Positions 42,040 through 54,579 of a stretch of 64,000 nucleotides of DNA are shown here, one piece after another (positions within the stretch are counted from its first letter, which is position 1; each line of letters opens with the position of its first letter). The position numbers and the translations under genes are program-made. The stretch lies in the NCBI RefSeq assembly GCF_964204645.1, contig NC_134028.1:7130001-7194000 (forward strand). The letters run 5' to 3'. The notes under the pieces were generated by a model. It did not search any database, was not told where the DNA came from, and saw only the letters and a list, made by a program, of their open reading frames with translations. The stretch comes from Tubulanus polymorphus (taxonomy: Eukaryota; Animalia; Nemertea).

Positions 42040-45000
42040 ATGGCCGGAAAGAATACAAAATCTAACACTAACGATATGGCTCTATCGTTGACTGGAATGC
42101 CGGTTACATCAGTCAAAAGACCGAACTCGTCGCGCAGTTCAGTTTCAGGCTCCGGCAGGTTGAAAGAAAAATCTTCATCTCTGGTAAGAAAACGAATCGA
42201 TTACTGGTATTACCAATCTAAACGCAGTTCAACAGTTTGGACTTTGAAACTTAAGATTTGACCCGAGCGTTAACTGATCAGAAATGAGTGAATTTTAACT
42301 CTGACTCACAACTGTGTAGTCGGTAGCGTGTCTGTGGTTTAGTTTCACAATCGGATTAAGCCCATCCGATTATAAAAGCTTAGGCCTACCACCAATGATA
42401 AGGTAGCTAACTAACAACTTTGGAACTGGGTCAAGAATTTTTATCGCTTTTTTCGGGCATCATTTATGGTCCCGCTTATTTTCATTCAGACATCTTTGAA
42501 CATCCAACAGTCGTCTAAATCTAGCGCGGCAGCAGGAGACAGCAGCAAAAAACATATTCGCAGTAAGTAGTTTGTATTTTGTCTCAATTGTGAAATGTGT
42601 GTACGTTCAACGATCGGTAGTTAATCGCAGAGATTTTATTATTTTCAGCCAGCAGCCAAAATCTCGGTTCAATGACACCGGATAACTCAACGCGCAGAAA
42701 TACGGGCAAACTTGATGTCATGAATGATACTACTAGGTACAGTTGGCGTTTTCCAATTGTCTAGAAAATAATGTACTTTGTAAGGTGATGTTGGGCGCTT
42801 CAGAGTTGAACTCTGGCTATCTTCTTCTAGTGAATTTCTGAGTTCTATGGAATCCGATTCAATAATGTCAACTGAAAGTTAAGATATCAATGTCGGTCCG
42901 TATTATCATTAATGTCCCATATAGTTGTAAAATTGTCGGGGTAATCTAAGATTGGCAATCTCTAATAACAGTAACTGATTCATTTATTTTCAGTGATGAT
43001 TTCCTGGCATTGTTTGAAAACAGCGTTCAGCCGAAAATCAAATCGAAACGTCCTCAACCAGGCGCCATGTCATCTTCTGCACTTTCGCGCAAACTCCACT
43101 CATCCAAATCCACAAATTCTGTAAGTGACATTAAGTCGAAGTTTAGGTTTTTAGCCCGCCTCTATTTCTTCAGTTGAAGGAGTATTCATTTGTCAGTTTG
43201 TCTAATGATCAAGTTCATCTTATTTGGATTGCTTTGGTGATAAGTTTTGATATTTTGTTCACACCAAACTTGAGGTAACCCCATAAATCATGTCTCGTCA
43301 ATTTTGTAGTGCCACACGATTTTTAGTTGGATTCACTGGACGAGTATTTAATCTCTGGTATTGAATCATGTGAAAACATGTAACTATGCTCGACATAAGA
43401 GTATGCACTACCCAAATATTTGGCCGATCAGAATCTGACAGCGCTTGTCGGTATGGTAGATTTTGGAGATGCCTCCTCGATCAAAGAGGTTGTGTTGCGG
43501 CTGACCCTAAGATAATCAATACTTCGAGTGGGAGACTCCAGAAGAGGAAGAAATTTGATTGAAAAATAAATAATTTAGGCCTATTTTAATCTTTATTCTC
43601 GTTTATTTAATTGCAGAAAACTGTCCTCACTTCGAATGTCTCTCAAAAATCCGGTAACAAGAAATTTCAACACAGCGTTTTCCAACCGAACAGCGCTCGC
43701 AGTACCAGCTCCGTCGAAACGGATTACATCGATGCGTCGCCTAGCAACAGTCACCGTGCGGTAGGAACGACGCATGGCAACGAATGTCAGAATAACGCGA
43801 CAGCGAACACGCTGAGTCCGAGCATCGCGAATAACATGACCTCGCAGGCGATGTCGCCGACGTTGAAAATGCCTTTCACGGACATCGAGAACGCGTATCA
43901 GAACATCAGACATGACAAAACGCCGGTGAACCTCGTGAAAAACGGAAGCCACAACAGCAGCAGCAGCAACAACGAAGCCGCCGAAAACTACATCAAACGC
44001 GTGAACATGGCGGCGACGCGGATACAGCGGTGGTACCGATGCGCGTCGAGGGAACGACGCGATCGACGCAGCAACGAAACCGCGATGAAACAGCTGTTCG
44101 ACGAGAAACGAACGCGAATGCGCGAACAACGACGATCGCAGCAGATGTCGCCTCGGTCGGACGCCGAGGACAGACGGAAACATCGAGAAGAGAAAGCGCA
44201 GAAAGCGAGACAACAAGCTATAAAGGTTCGCGTTGAGTTGGATCCACGGTTGTAATTTCATTTTGAATTTTTCAGGCCCCCTACAACTGCTTGATTTCAG
44301 TAGGGGCTGAGTATGGTGTCTGCATGGGCGGATCTAGCCTAGGTTTCTGAGTACTGCTCAGCTGTGGCGAAGGGCACCTATATCGTATAGAATTTTGAAT
44401 TTTTAGGGCTCTGAGATGCAATGTTAGCATGTTTGGGGCATAAAATCTATAGTCGTCTATGCATCAACAAAATGAATTTGGCATTTTGACCTGTTAAATG
44501 AAATAGTATTAATAAGTTTACTATTTCGATTATTCAAGTTGACCATTTCAATGACTTAATCGACCAGAACTTGAACAATGGAAGGGCATTTCAATCGTGA
44601 GTACCGCTCAAGCAGTAGCAGCGGTAGGCTGGGTCCGTCCCTAGTCAGGCATTTGCTGCGCAAATTATTTCTACGCAATGTTTTGGTATATTCTTTGTGT
44701 CAATTTAGGAATTGCAGCAAAGACAATTAGAGAAAGCGGCTGAAACTAAACTGAAAGCCGAAGAAGATCTGAAAGCATTGAAAGAGGAGGGTAAACTCGG
44801 TCGAAGTCGCAACAACAATTCAAAATCCAAGTCAAAAAAAGACGAAAAACCGCGGATTAACAAGAATAATTTAGTCGACGATATGGGAGAGGTCGATTCG
44901 ATAAAGAGCGCCGAAGAATCGCGCGCGATGAATCAACTGCTTAATTACGAACAGGTGAATATTTCGATCGAGCAGTCGCTCGTTGTTTTGCAAGGTTGCG

Positions 45001-48000
45001 CAATATCTCATCGACAGTTTTCTATTGATCTAGAACAACGGCGCAGCGGCTGCGGTGGCTGAGGCTAGTGGCGACATCGCGGAATCGAGCATCTCGAAGG
45101 CTACAACGCTCTCCGACTTGATGGACACATTGAAAAAACTGGAAGAGGATGAGATGCTCGACCCCAGCGTGAATGTTGATCAGAAGAAAAAACGAAACAC
45201 GGCTTGGGGTACGTCGTTGTCGCTTTTAGTGTAATAGCTTACGTTAGTAAGAACTTTATGATTCCTGGTGAAAAATCCATAGTCTAATTACGGGCAGTTT
45301 TCACTGCTAACAGTTATTACAGGCTAATGATTTGTAATTACGATCGATTGTTCGTCACATTCAGAATTAGAAGAATTTTATGTCCAAACAAAAAAATTGC
45401 ATTCAGTCATGGTGGCCACTGAACTGGAAAACCTGGAAACTCAGGGAATCAGAAAAATCTCGAAAAAATCAGTGATAACTCATTTTACCAAAAACAACCT
45501 GGAAAATTCAGGGAATTTGGATATTTGATATCGACCACATGTTTCTTTATCAATACATGATTCACTGAAGAATGAATGAGTTGTAACATTAAACCTAGCA
45601 ATTTCTCTGATTTACTCAAGGAATTTTGTTTAGTCACGTGGAAAAATCAGGGAAAACTCAGGGGATTTGTAAGTGGGCGGAAAGTGGTCACCCTGTTAGT
45701 ATTGCGATGATATAAGAGGATCTTTAATAATGAAAAATCCACCGAGAAAAACTCTTAATGTTTGATTGTTTTCGTAGATGACCTCGATAAAACGTTGTCG
45801 GGCAGTGAAGAAAATGATTTCCTGTCTCCGAGAAAACTCGCCAAGCATAACTCTACGAAACCCGACGTCGTCGAACCTCAGCTCATGTCCGATGAAAAAC
45901 TGCGCAGCATTTTCAACTTCCTCGACGAGGTCGACCGCGTCGACCGGTTGACCGTCGTCGAGAACCAGCTCGGTGCCGGTTGCCACGACGACCTGGAGAA
46001 ACCGCCGTTATTGTTGCCGTCGAGCGAGGAGCTGGCCGACATCGAACAGGCGACATCCGCCGCGAACGAGGTGACGGCAACGGTTTTAAAACAGCGGCTC
46101 GAACTCGACGAAAAGAAGCGCTCGGTTACGATTTTACAGAAAGCGCTGGTAAGAATAACATTCAATACTAAACTCCTTAACAAGTAGCTGACACTCTAGG
46201 CAATGCTATCAGGCGACTGAGTACACCGCTGTTGTGAAATAACCATATGCTAGCTAATTGATAATGCTAGCTGATTGCTAAATGATCGATAAGCCCTCAG
46301 AGAATGGATGTATTGGACATAAAGATATGCCCAAAAACCACTACTAATTGAGAGTACCGGTAGTTACTATTCAAGAGCTCAATTACTCACAGAATGCGAA
46401 CCATCCCGATAAGTTTTTGCAAAATTTTGACCCTGAAGTTTAGCTAACTTAGTTATTCGTGAGCGTGATATCAGTGTTCAATTCTATGGTTACATTTCAG
46501 AATCAGCAAAGAGAGCTGACAATTCGACACGCGAAGGAAACGGAAAAAGACATGAAAAAACGTCTGTCCGTGCAAAAGGTCGAATACGAAGAAACGATAA
46601 AACGTCACCTATCTTTCATTGATCAGGTAGATAAATCGATGCGTCATTTCTTGTATTTATATTTTGCGATAGAAAATTGATAATAATGATTTCATGATCA
46701 TTTTTAAGCAAGAGTACCCACAATAATTGTGATAAGTGTCATATATTATTAGTACATGTATAACATTTAACCTCTAGCATGTATCTTTTTAAGTTTTATA
46801 TCAGCATGGGCGTTATCAGTTCTCTCCTTGTGAGATGTGACCTTGGTATTATTACTGAGGAGAAGAAATTATGAACTGATTTAGAGTAATCATCGCTCGG
46901 AATTAGATTTCAAAATTGCTTCTTTATACGCAGTTGATCGATGATAAGAAGATTCTCAGCGAAAAATGCGAAAATCTCTTAAAAGAACTGAAAACGATGG
47001 AGAGAAAGTTCTCCGAGAAAATCAAGCAGATGGAAGAGTCGTAAGTGATGTAAACCGTAGAATATCAGTCGCTTTCATTTTAGAAATTGTCGATTTTCAG
47101 ATGACAAATGTTGTTATTCCTTCTAGGCACGCGGTCGAAATGAGTAAAATCAAGGATATCAACGCGGCGGCCGAAAAACTCAGACGCGAAAAATGGATTG
47201 ACGAAAAAACGAAGAAAATAAAGGTACTGGTTTATACGCAATAGTTAGTGAATATAGCCACTAAATTTCATACATATTTGAAGTGTATATATTTTCTTAC
47301 AGTTAAAATAATCAAAGTTGTAATGCCAGTAGTTTGTTAGTTGCATCTATACCACGGTCCGGTGTATCGTTAGTTACTATTATTTAACTTTTTAAAAGGT
47401 GCTGCAATCTTTCACTAGAGATAAAAACATACTATGAATTACATCAATACATGGCAGTGCAATGTACTAGCAAAGTCCATCACTGATTTATACACCGCAA
47501 GGTGGTGTAGACAGACTGAAAGGGTTGAAATAAAGATAAATCTTTAATGTGAGTCTGAAAATATGATAATTGTATTGGTATTGTAGGAGATGACCGTGAA
47601 AGGCTTAGAGCCAGAAATTCAACGATTGATCGCCAAGCATAAATCCGAGATCAAGAAAATGAAATCGATACATGAAGCCGAGTTGTTAGAATCGGACGAA
47701 CGCGCCGGACAACGATACGTAAAAATGACCGAAGAATTACGAGATCAGTTGGCGATGGAAAAAGAGGCCGCGTGCGCGCGAGAACGAGAACTAGCTAAAC
47801 AAAGGTACGTGCGTCACGGGGCCGGCGGACGCAATTTGAGATCGGTATGACCAGAGGATTAGTGGAACTTCCGAAAGTGGGAAGTGTCACCAGCAAGCGC
47901 CATAAGTACCAAGCCCGGTGGGGGCCTCCCCCAGAGAAATGTTTGAAAATTAGATGCTCATAGATGCATTTTCCTGGCATTTGTACCATAAAATTTCACC

Positions 48001-51000
48001 GACGTTGAACGAGAATTTGGGAGGAAATTGAAAATAACGAATTAAGGTGGATCCGATTTGGGAAGTTATTGGCCGGTTCTGTGTCACACCAGAACCCAGT
48101 TCCATCCTTTCGTGCCAGGTTTTGCTTGGCCCACACAAAAAGCTTCTATTTCACTTTCACTTATTTCGTACATTTTAATGCATCTTTACACAAATCAAAG
48201 GACAAAATGTACATTATTGAGGTTCTGCAGGGTGTGCTGGATACAACCAGATGCAACTATCCACTGGGGCTGGATATAGCAAATCTTTCCCATATATCCA
48301 TCTGCAGTCAGTATCATAAATGAACCATAAGTAATTTCTGCTAAAATGCTCCGTTGTAAATGTCTCATCCTGTTGGCTGAAAATCGTAAATCCAATGCCC
48401 CAGTTTTGTACCGATTTATCGTAGGTACGAAAAACAAATGCAACAAGAAGAAGAAGCGTACCAGGCGCAAAGACGGCGTATGTACAGCGAGATACAGGAG
48501 GAGAAAGACCGTCTGGCTCAACAAGCGATACGTCAGAGAGCCGAAATCGATAAACTACAACGCCAGTTAGAGGATACGCACACACATTCGGTCAGCGCGA
48601 TGAAAGCCGAGTACGAGAAAGCTCGAGAAGAACAAGAACGTCGCCATGCCGTAAGTTTGGACTATACTACTTATTCTGTTGACACCTCGGGACTAAGTTG
48701 AATATTTCACTACGTAAACCTCATACTCATGCATGAATTGTTGACTGATATGAATTTTCTGTTACATGATATGATTACATTTTGTGGGAGAAATATTTCT
48801 TTTCGATAGTAGGATATCAAAAAACTTTTTCTGACCGCTTTATAAAAAAATGTTGTGTTGGTCTGGGGGGGGGGGGGGTATTGTATTGCATGTATTTTTG
48901 GAATCCAGCAGTGAAACTGTAATTGATATTTCAATTAATGGTTCTAATTGCTAGGGTTGAAGTTTATACTGACCTTAGATTTGCAATATTTCTACACATT
49001 CAAAAACTTTCTGCCCTTGTTGGTGATCATCACCATTCTGTAAGTGGTATTAGAACCAGTTTGGGTCCTGTTTGCAACGACAACTCAACGCTTTCTTAAG
49101 TCTCGTGTATCGTGTTATTATGACTGATGGAACTAATTGAAACGGGCTCCTAGATCTATTCTGAAACTGAATCTCTGACCATTGCTTGAAAATCTCATCT
49201 TCTTAGACGGAGACCAAAGAACTGCACGAGAGGCTGCGCATCGAAAAGGAAGCATGGGAGGCGAACTACATGAAAAAACAGGAGACGTGGCTTCTGCAGA
49301 AAGAGAGAGAACTGAAAGAGAACGTGCGGAAAGATCGCGATAAAGAGATCGAACTCGTGATCGGTAGATTAGAGGATGATACGATAGCTGCAAGAGAGGA
49401 GAGTGAACGAGTCGCCGATAATAGAATCAAGTAAGATCATAAATCATAACTAAAAATCATGAAGTTGTAGGTATTAAGGTGTCGTATCTATCCTACGAGT
49501 TTAGTACCGATTGGTTGAGAAATGATGGAGTAGTAGTAGAAGTTCAGCTTGCTGTTTTGAAAGCGGGAAAATAGAATATAGAAAATAGAATAATGATAAT
49601 AATAAGAGGAATAACAATAGGCTTTTCTGCGATAAACGGAAACCCTAATGATAATTCATTTTCTTAAATAGCACTACTAATTCGAATTAAACGCTGATAT
49701 CATTATAAGATATTGAATTTTGAGTTATGTTCTTAAATCGAAAATACCTGTACATGTTTAGTGCTAACGTGAACAAGTAATGTGTCTATCATAAGTTTCT
49801 GACATGCATTTGTTGAGTAGATGAAATGTTCCTATGAAATCCAGACAAGTTTTCAAGTTAGTTTTGAATTTATTTTCGTGTGCCTTTTTCAGGAGGATAC
49901 GAGACAAATACGAATCAGAAATGAGTGAATTAGAACGATCAGAACGGCAAGCGATGGAAAAATATAACGAAATGAAGGTATGTAATGGTTAGATATCTAC
50001 ATCTATAATTTCACAGTGGAATCTTTGGCTATGTATTTGAAGAAAACTTAAATTGAGTATTTTAAGGTTTTATTGCTGTTGTTTTTAAGGCCAAGTTGAC
50101 GGAAGTTGAAGGCGAAAATGAAAGATTGAAAGTGATTATCAAACAAAAGGATCAGGAAATAAAAGACGCTAAAAAGGTTTGTCGGTTTCTTAATTGAATT
50201 CATGAAAAATAATTTAGATATACCAGGGAATAATAGTTCCAACATCCATTTTTGGGGCCCTGTCTTTGTGTGTTATGTTTGAATGGTTGTTTTGTTTTAA
50301 TGTTTGCTCCATCGAATACAGCAAATTCAATTAACCTTTTCTGGATAGATGGTGGCCTCCAATTAACCCTTTCTGTGCTGACTAATCAATACCCTATAGT
50401 GCTGGAGATAATTTGAAAATTTTGAAAAATTCCACCCTAGTGTGTTGAATAACGGGAATAACTCTATAGTGCCTCTACACTGCGGCGCAGTGTATCGTTA
50501 GTTACTAGTATTTCACCATCATTAAATAGAGATAAAAACTAATTACTAATTACATCAATACACCGCAGTGCGGTGTACTAGCAAAATCAATCACATTCAT
50601 TCACTGCACTGCAGTGTAGACGCACTGAAAGGGTTATACCGCAGACACAGAAGGGACAAAACTAATTGATTAATCAATCGAATAAAAACGAAAAATATTC
50701 CCAAATTAAAATCAGTTCTGTCATCAGTGATATCATCGGGATTTAAATGAGGCCTCCATCTTTACGGGATGATGAGCTTTTACTCAAAGCCAGTATTAAT
50801 GAAAGAATTCATCTGTAAATTTGTGAAATACCGATTCAGTCTTTTTCGTTTATAGTCGTCGGAGAAACTGCACTCGGAACGCGACCACGTGTCCGACATA
50901 ATCCGTCAGGAGTTCGCCGACCGAATCGTCGCCACCGACGAGGAGAACAAACGCGTCAAGAACGAAATGTCCGAACAGAAGGCGAAGCACCGCATCGAGC

Positions 51001-51764
51001 TGGAACGAGCTAAATCCGAGATCGAAGTCATACAGAAAGCTAAAGAGGAGGAGATGGAAGAAGTTCATAAAAGGTTCGTGTATCATTCGGAATTATATCG
51101 GCTGAAATGAGATGAATCCTTAACCCTTTCAGTGCGTCTACACCGCAATGCGGTGTATAAATCAGTGATAGATTTTGCTAGTACACCGCACTGCGGTGTA
51201 TTGATGTAATTAGTAATTATCTCTCTTGTAAAATGGTAGCACCTGTCAAACATAGTGAAATATTAGTAACTAACGATACACTGCGCTGCGGTGTAGACGC
51301 ACTACAGTGGTATTCCTGTTATTCACGAACGCCAACAAAATCCTAGAACAGTAATATTCAAGCTCATAGAGAAATATGTTTACTATGTCAACTTTCATAG
51401 TCGTCATTTCGTTATACCTTTGTTATCCCCGGGCTGGCGTTAAAATGAGCTTTGACTGCATGATTCGTGATTAACGATTAAATCTAAAAGTTCTAAAAAC
51501 CAAGTATGTAATTGGTAGAGAGAGGCGCTGTGAGTGTCTTACTCAGGAAGCTTCTGTTATGTACAGGGTCGGAACCCTCGACCTGGCATACCACTGCATG
51601 TCATTCCATGTGAACTATTTTTCTATTTCAGGGTAAAACAGGCGATATTGAAGAAAGAGGACGTAGTAACACAATTACGTCAGCAATATCAGGCAGCCGT
51701 GAAAAGAGCCGATCATTTAGAGGGACTTTTAGAACAGCAACGAAAACAATTACTTAGGAAATGA
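42040..51764 (+). CDS. CEP131: Centrosomal protein of 131 kDa (AZI1)
   Basis: Exons 42040-42183, 42490-42562, 42649-42736, 42994-43120 (DFLALFE), 43617-44225 (IQ-like AATRIQRWYR), 44709-44954, 45034-45208, 45778-46148 (KLRSIFNFLDEV), 46501-46626 (YEETIKRHLSFIDQ), 46934-47040, 47127-47223 (EKLRREKWIDEKTKKIK), 47587-47804 (EMTVKGLEPEIQRLIAKHK), 48425-48650, 49207-49430, 49893-49977, 50090-50176, 50856-51073 (IIRQEF), 51632-51764 (RADHLEGLLEQQR). Confidence 0.93.
44323..44643. mobile_element. CAGGGGCGGATC-type element
   Basis: CATGGGCGGATCTAG...GGGTCCGTCCCTA with flanks GTCTG/GTCAG. Confidence 0.6.
45408..45695. mobile_element. CAGGGTGGCCACT TIR family element
   Basis: CATGGTGGCCACT...AGTGGTCACCCTG with flanks TCAGT/TTAGT. 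Confidence 0.7.
50367..50633. mobile_element. piggyBac-like MITE family A, near full-length copy
   Basis: TTAA|CCCTTTCTGTGC...GCACTGAAAGGG|TTAT. Confidence 0.8.
51124..51325. mobile_element. piggyBac-like MITE family A, truncated copy in inverted orientation
   Basis: TTAA|CCCTTTCAGTGCGTCTACACCGCA...; reverse complement of ~50440-50633. Confidence 0.75.
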
Positions 51765-52430
51765 ATCGTTGAGAGAAGGGAACAGATTCAGTTCCATCGT
51801 TGTGTCGGTCTAATCGGGCCGTCGACCCATTTTCACAGTTGTGTGGGTTGATTTCAATACGGGCTAGCAATCTTTAGTCTGAAAACAGTTGTAAAGTCAA
51901 TAGTTGTCAGTGGAATTCGATGCAAAACTTTATTTATTTACTCAGTATTTGGTCACAATCTTAGATTTCTGTGGTATCCTAATGGAATAAACACCGAATT
52001 AACCGTATTTGGTTTCTTTTTTGTGATACTCATGAAATTGCTCGGATTCTCCAACGTCAGCCTCAGATTTTAATGTTTTAGTATAATATTATTTTAGGCT
52101 TGTTAGAAAATGGTTGATAATATTGTATTATCTGTAATTTGTAAATATGTAGAATGATAGAGAATTTTGTGCTACTGTTTGATGATGTACATGTACAAAT
52201 CTAAGTGAATAAATATTTATATTAATTTCGTAATTATGGGATTTTTTTATTCGCCGATCAAAATTTTGGATGTTTATGGAAAGTTTTAGTGATCTTGACT
52301 TGTATCAAACCTGGGAAGAAGTATGAAGAATTGAACCTGAAGGCAAACGCACAATGTACAGGGAAACCCGAAATCACAGAAACATCGTCAAACTGAATCA
52401 AACAAGTTTGATCTTGGTTGTTTTCTGTTA

Positions 52431-52654
52431 AGCCCAATGCGCAGGACCCAGGGACAGGGTACAGAAACGTGTTTCCGAGCGTTTCCAGTTGAGAACGTTA
52501 ACGAGATCAAACAGGTTAATTAACTCGTTTCCATGTTTACCTTTATCGTGTTTATCGGGATTTAATGCACATGACACTGGGTAACGTCTGTGTAACGTGT
52601 CAGAAACACGTTTCTGTCATCGGTTTCCGTGTCGTGCGTCGCGCGCGTTGGGCT
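52431..52654. mobile_element. Palindromic MITE (Harbinger-like)
   Basis: AGCCCAATGCGC..ACAGAAACGTGTTTC versus GAAACACGTTTCTGT..GCGCGTTGGGCT. Confidence 0.65.
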
Positions 52655-52769
52655 AAAGAAAATTCTTCACTGTAGACCCAAGGAATATTCATTCTAGCCT
52701 AAAGTACGAGAGCATAACCGTTTACTGCATCCATCGCCCATGACCATCCGAATACCCGTAGTAGGCTAT

Positions 52770-53224
52770 CAGGGCGGCTGTAGGGTTTAATTAAGGAGGG
52801 GGAGCAGGTAAAGTTAGGGCACATTTGATGAATAAGGGCATCTAAGCGCTAATACTTCGCGCCGCAGGTGCGAAGCCGAAGTTTGGGGGCTCTCCCCCAG
52901 AAAATGTTCTAAATTTGATGCAATCTTAGAGCTATCTGGGCTTTTCTGGTGGCACCTTGGAGCCTTTGCGAATCCTGTATCTTAGACATGTATAAATTAA
53001 ATACCCAAAGATAAGAGTCGAAAAGGAAGAGTGGCTAGCCCCCCCCCCCCAGTGAAAGTTACCGGAAAACATCAACTATATTTTTGAAACACCGAATTAC
53101 GTATGGTTTTAGTTTTATTTAAAAATTTACTTAAATAAATAAAAGATAAAAAACAAATTTTTTTAGGGCACCTTGAAATTTTGAGGGGAGCGCTCCCCTG
53201 CTCCCCCACTTGAATCCGCCCCTG
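52770..53224. mobile_element. CAGGGGCGGAT-type element
   Basis: CAGGGCGG...AATCCGCCCCTG with flanks GCTAT/GATAT. Confidence 0.6.
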
Positions 53225-54579
53225 GATATATGTGGATGCACCTAAATTTTGATCACCAAACCTTCATAAATGAAATCAACTCGGGGGCCATACCTAGTTT
53301 AAAAGGACAGTTCTATAGGATATAACAATTGTATTTTACTAATTAATAATCATATTACGTATAAGTAGGGCCCTGCAACTCGGGACCAGTACAGCAATGG
53401 GTCCATTGAATGGAGCTGAAAAACTGAACGAATTTGACGTGAGGTCAATCGTAGTGCGGAAAATGACGAGTGATGTTACAAAGCTTTAAACGGTAAAAAG
53501 CGGTATATACGACCACATAGTCTATTGATCCTGAATACTCCAAAAATGTAGATTAAAATTTGTAAGAATTACGAACTTTTGAATGGGATGAGCAATAATT
53601 AAAGTTGAATTATCGGGAAGACGATATCAATGTTTATAATTTCACCAGCGCGCATTGTTGCATTAACTTCATAAATGAATGATATCATGAAAAAGTTTAT
53701 TATCAGCTGAGTTTATCGATATTTTACTTTGTTTCTATCTTAATCCAATCTAGAGATATGCACGAAATGGAAAAAACTAAACCGGAGAAAAATATGGATA
53801 AAAAATTCAACAATGCGGACCCGGCGGGTACACAAAAAATGGCGTCTGGAAACTGTAAAAAGGCTTATTGGACCATCAATTTCCATGATTTAACTGAAGT
53901 TATACCTTAAAAAAATCAATGCACCAACAGACAGAAACGTACGTGAAAACAAACATTGTAAAAAACTTACTTTATTCAGGCCTCAATCTCTATACTATCA
54001 TGTCATGGATTGATTTATAATAATATGTAAACCGTAAAATTCATGAAAAAACCGAAACGTGACTTAAAAACATTGCACTAGAAATATACATCAACTTTCA
54101 AATAAATCAGTTGGTCTATATATCACATCTATATCCTGAGTGGAATATTTGAATACGTAGGCTATACATATAACAAACAAGTTTATATTTTTGCGTGGAG
54201 AGATATTATAACGACAATAACTATTTTTTCATAGCGCCGACACACGCACCCAGTCCCAGTTTTTGAGTCTCCATGGACTCTAAAACGAAGAGTCCATGAA
54301 CGAAGAGTCAATGTTCGTTTTAGAGTCCGTGGTTTATTTTAACAATGGAATCAACTTCTCTGAAATCCGGGACCCGGTCACAAATAGATGAATACCGTAG
54401 AACTTACATAATTCATATGACTATAGGGACTGCCCGGATTTCTTTGAATTAAGCAAAGTCCGAATTATGAATAAGTGTTTATATGGAACAAATATTTCTA
54501 TCCGAATTTAGTGAAAATCCGAATTAAGCGAGTTCTGCTATAAAAACCAGAACAAAAGTTTGTCTCAAAATCAGACTTC

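Noticed and set aside
43593-44261. 222-aa antisense ORF
   Set aside because: Mirror of the CG-rich CEP131 exon; no independent motif or splice structure.
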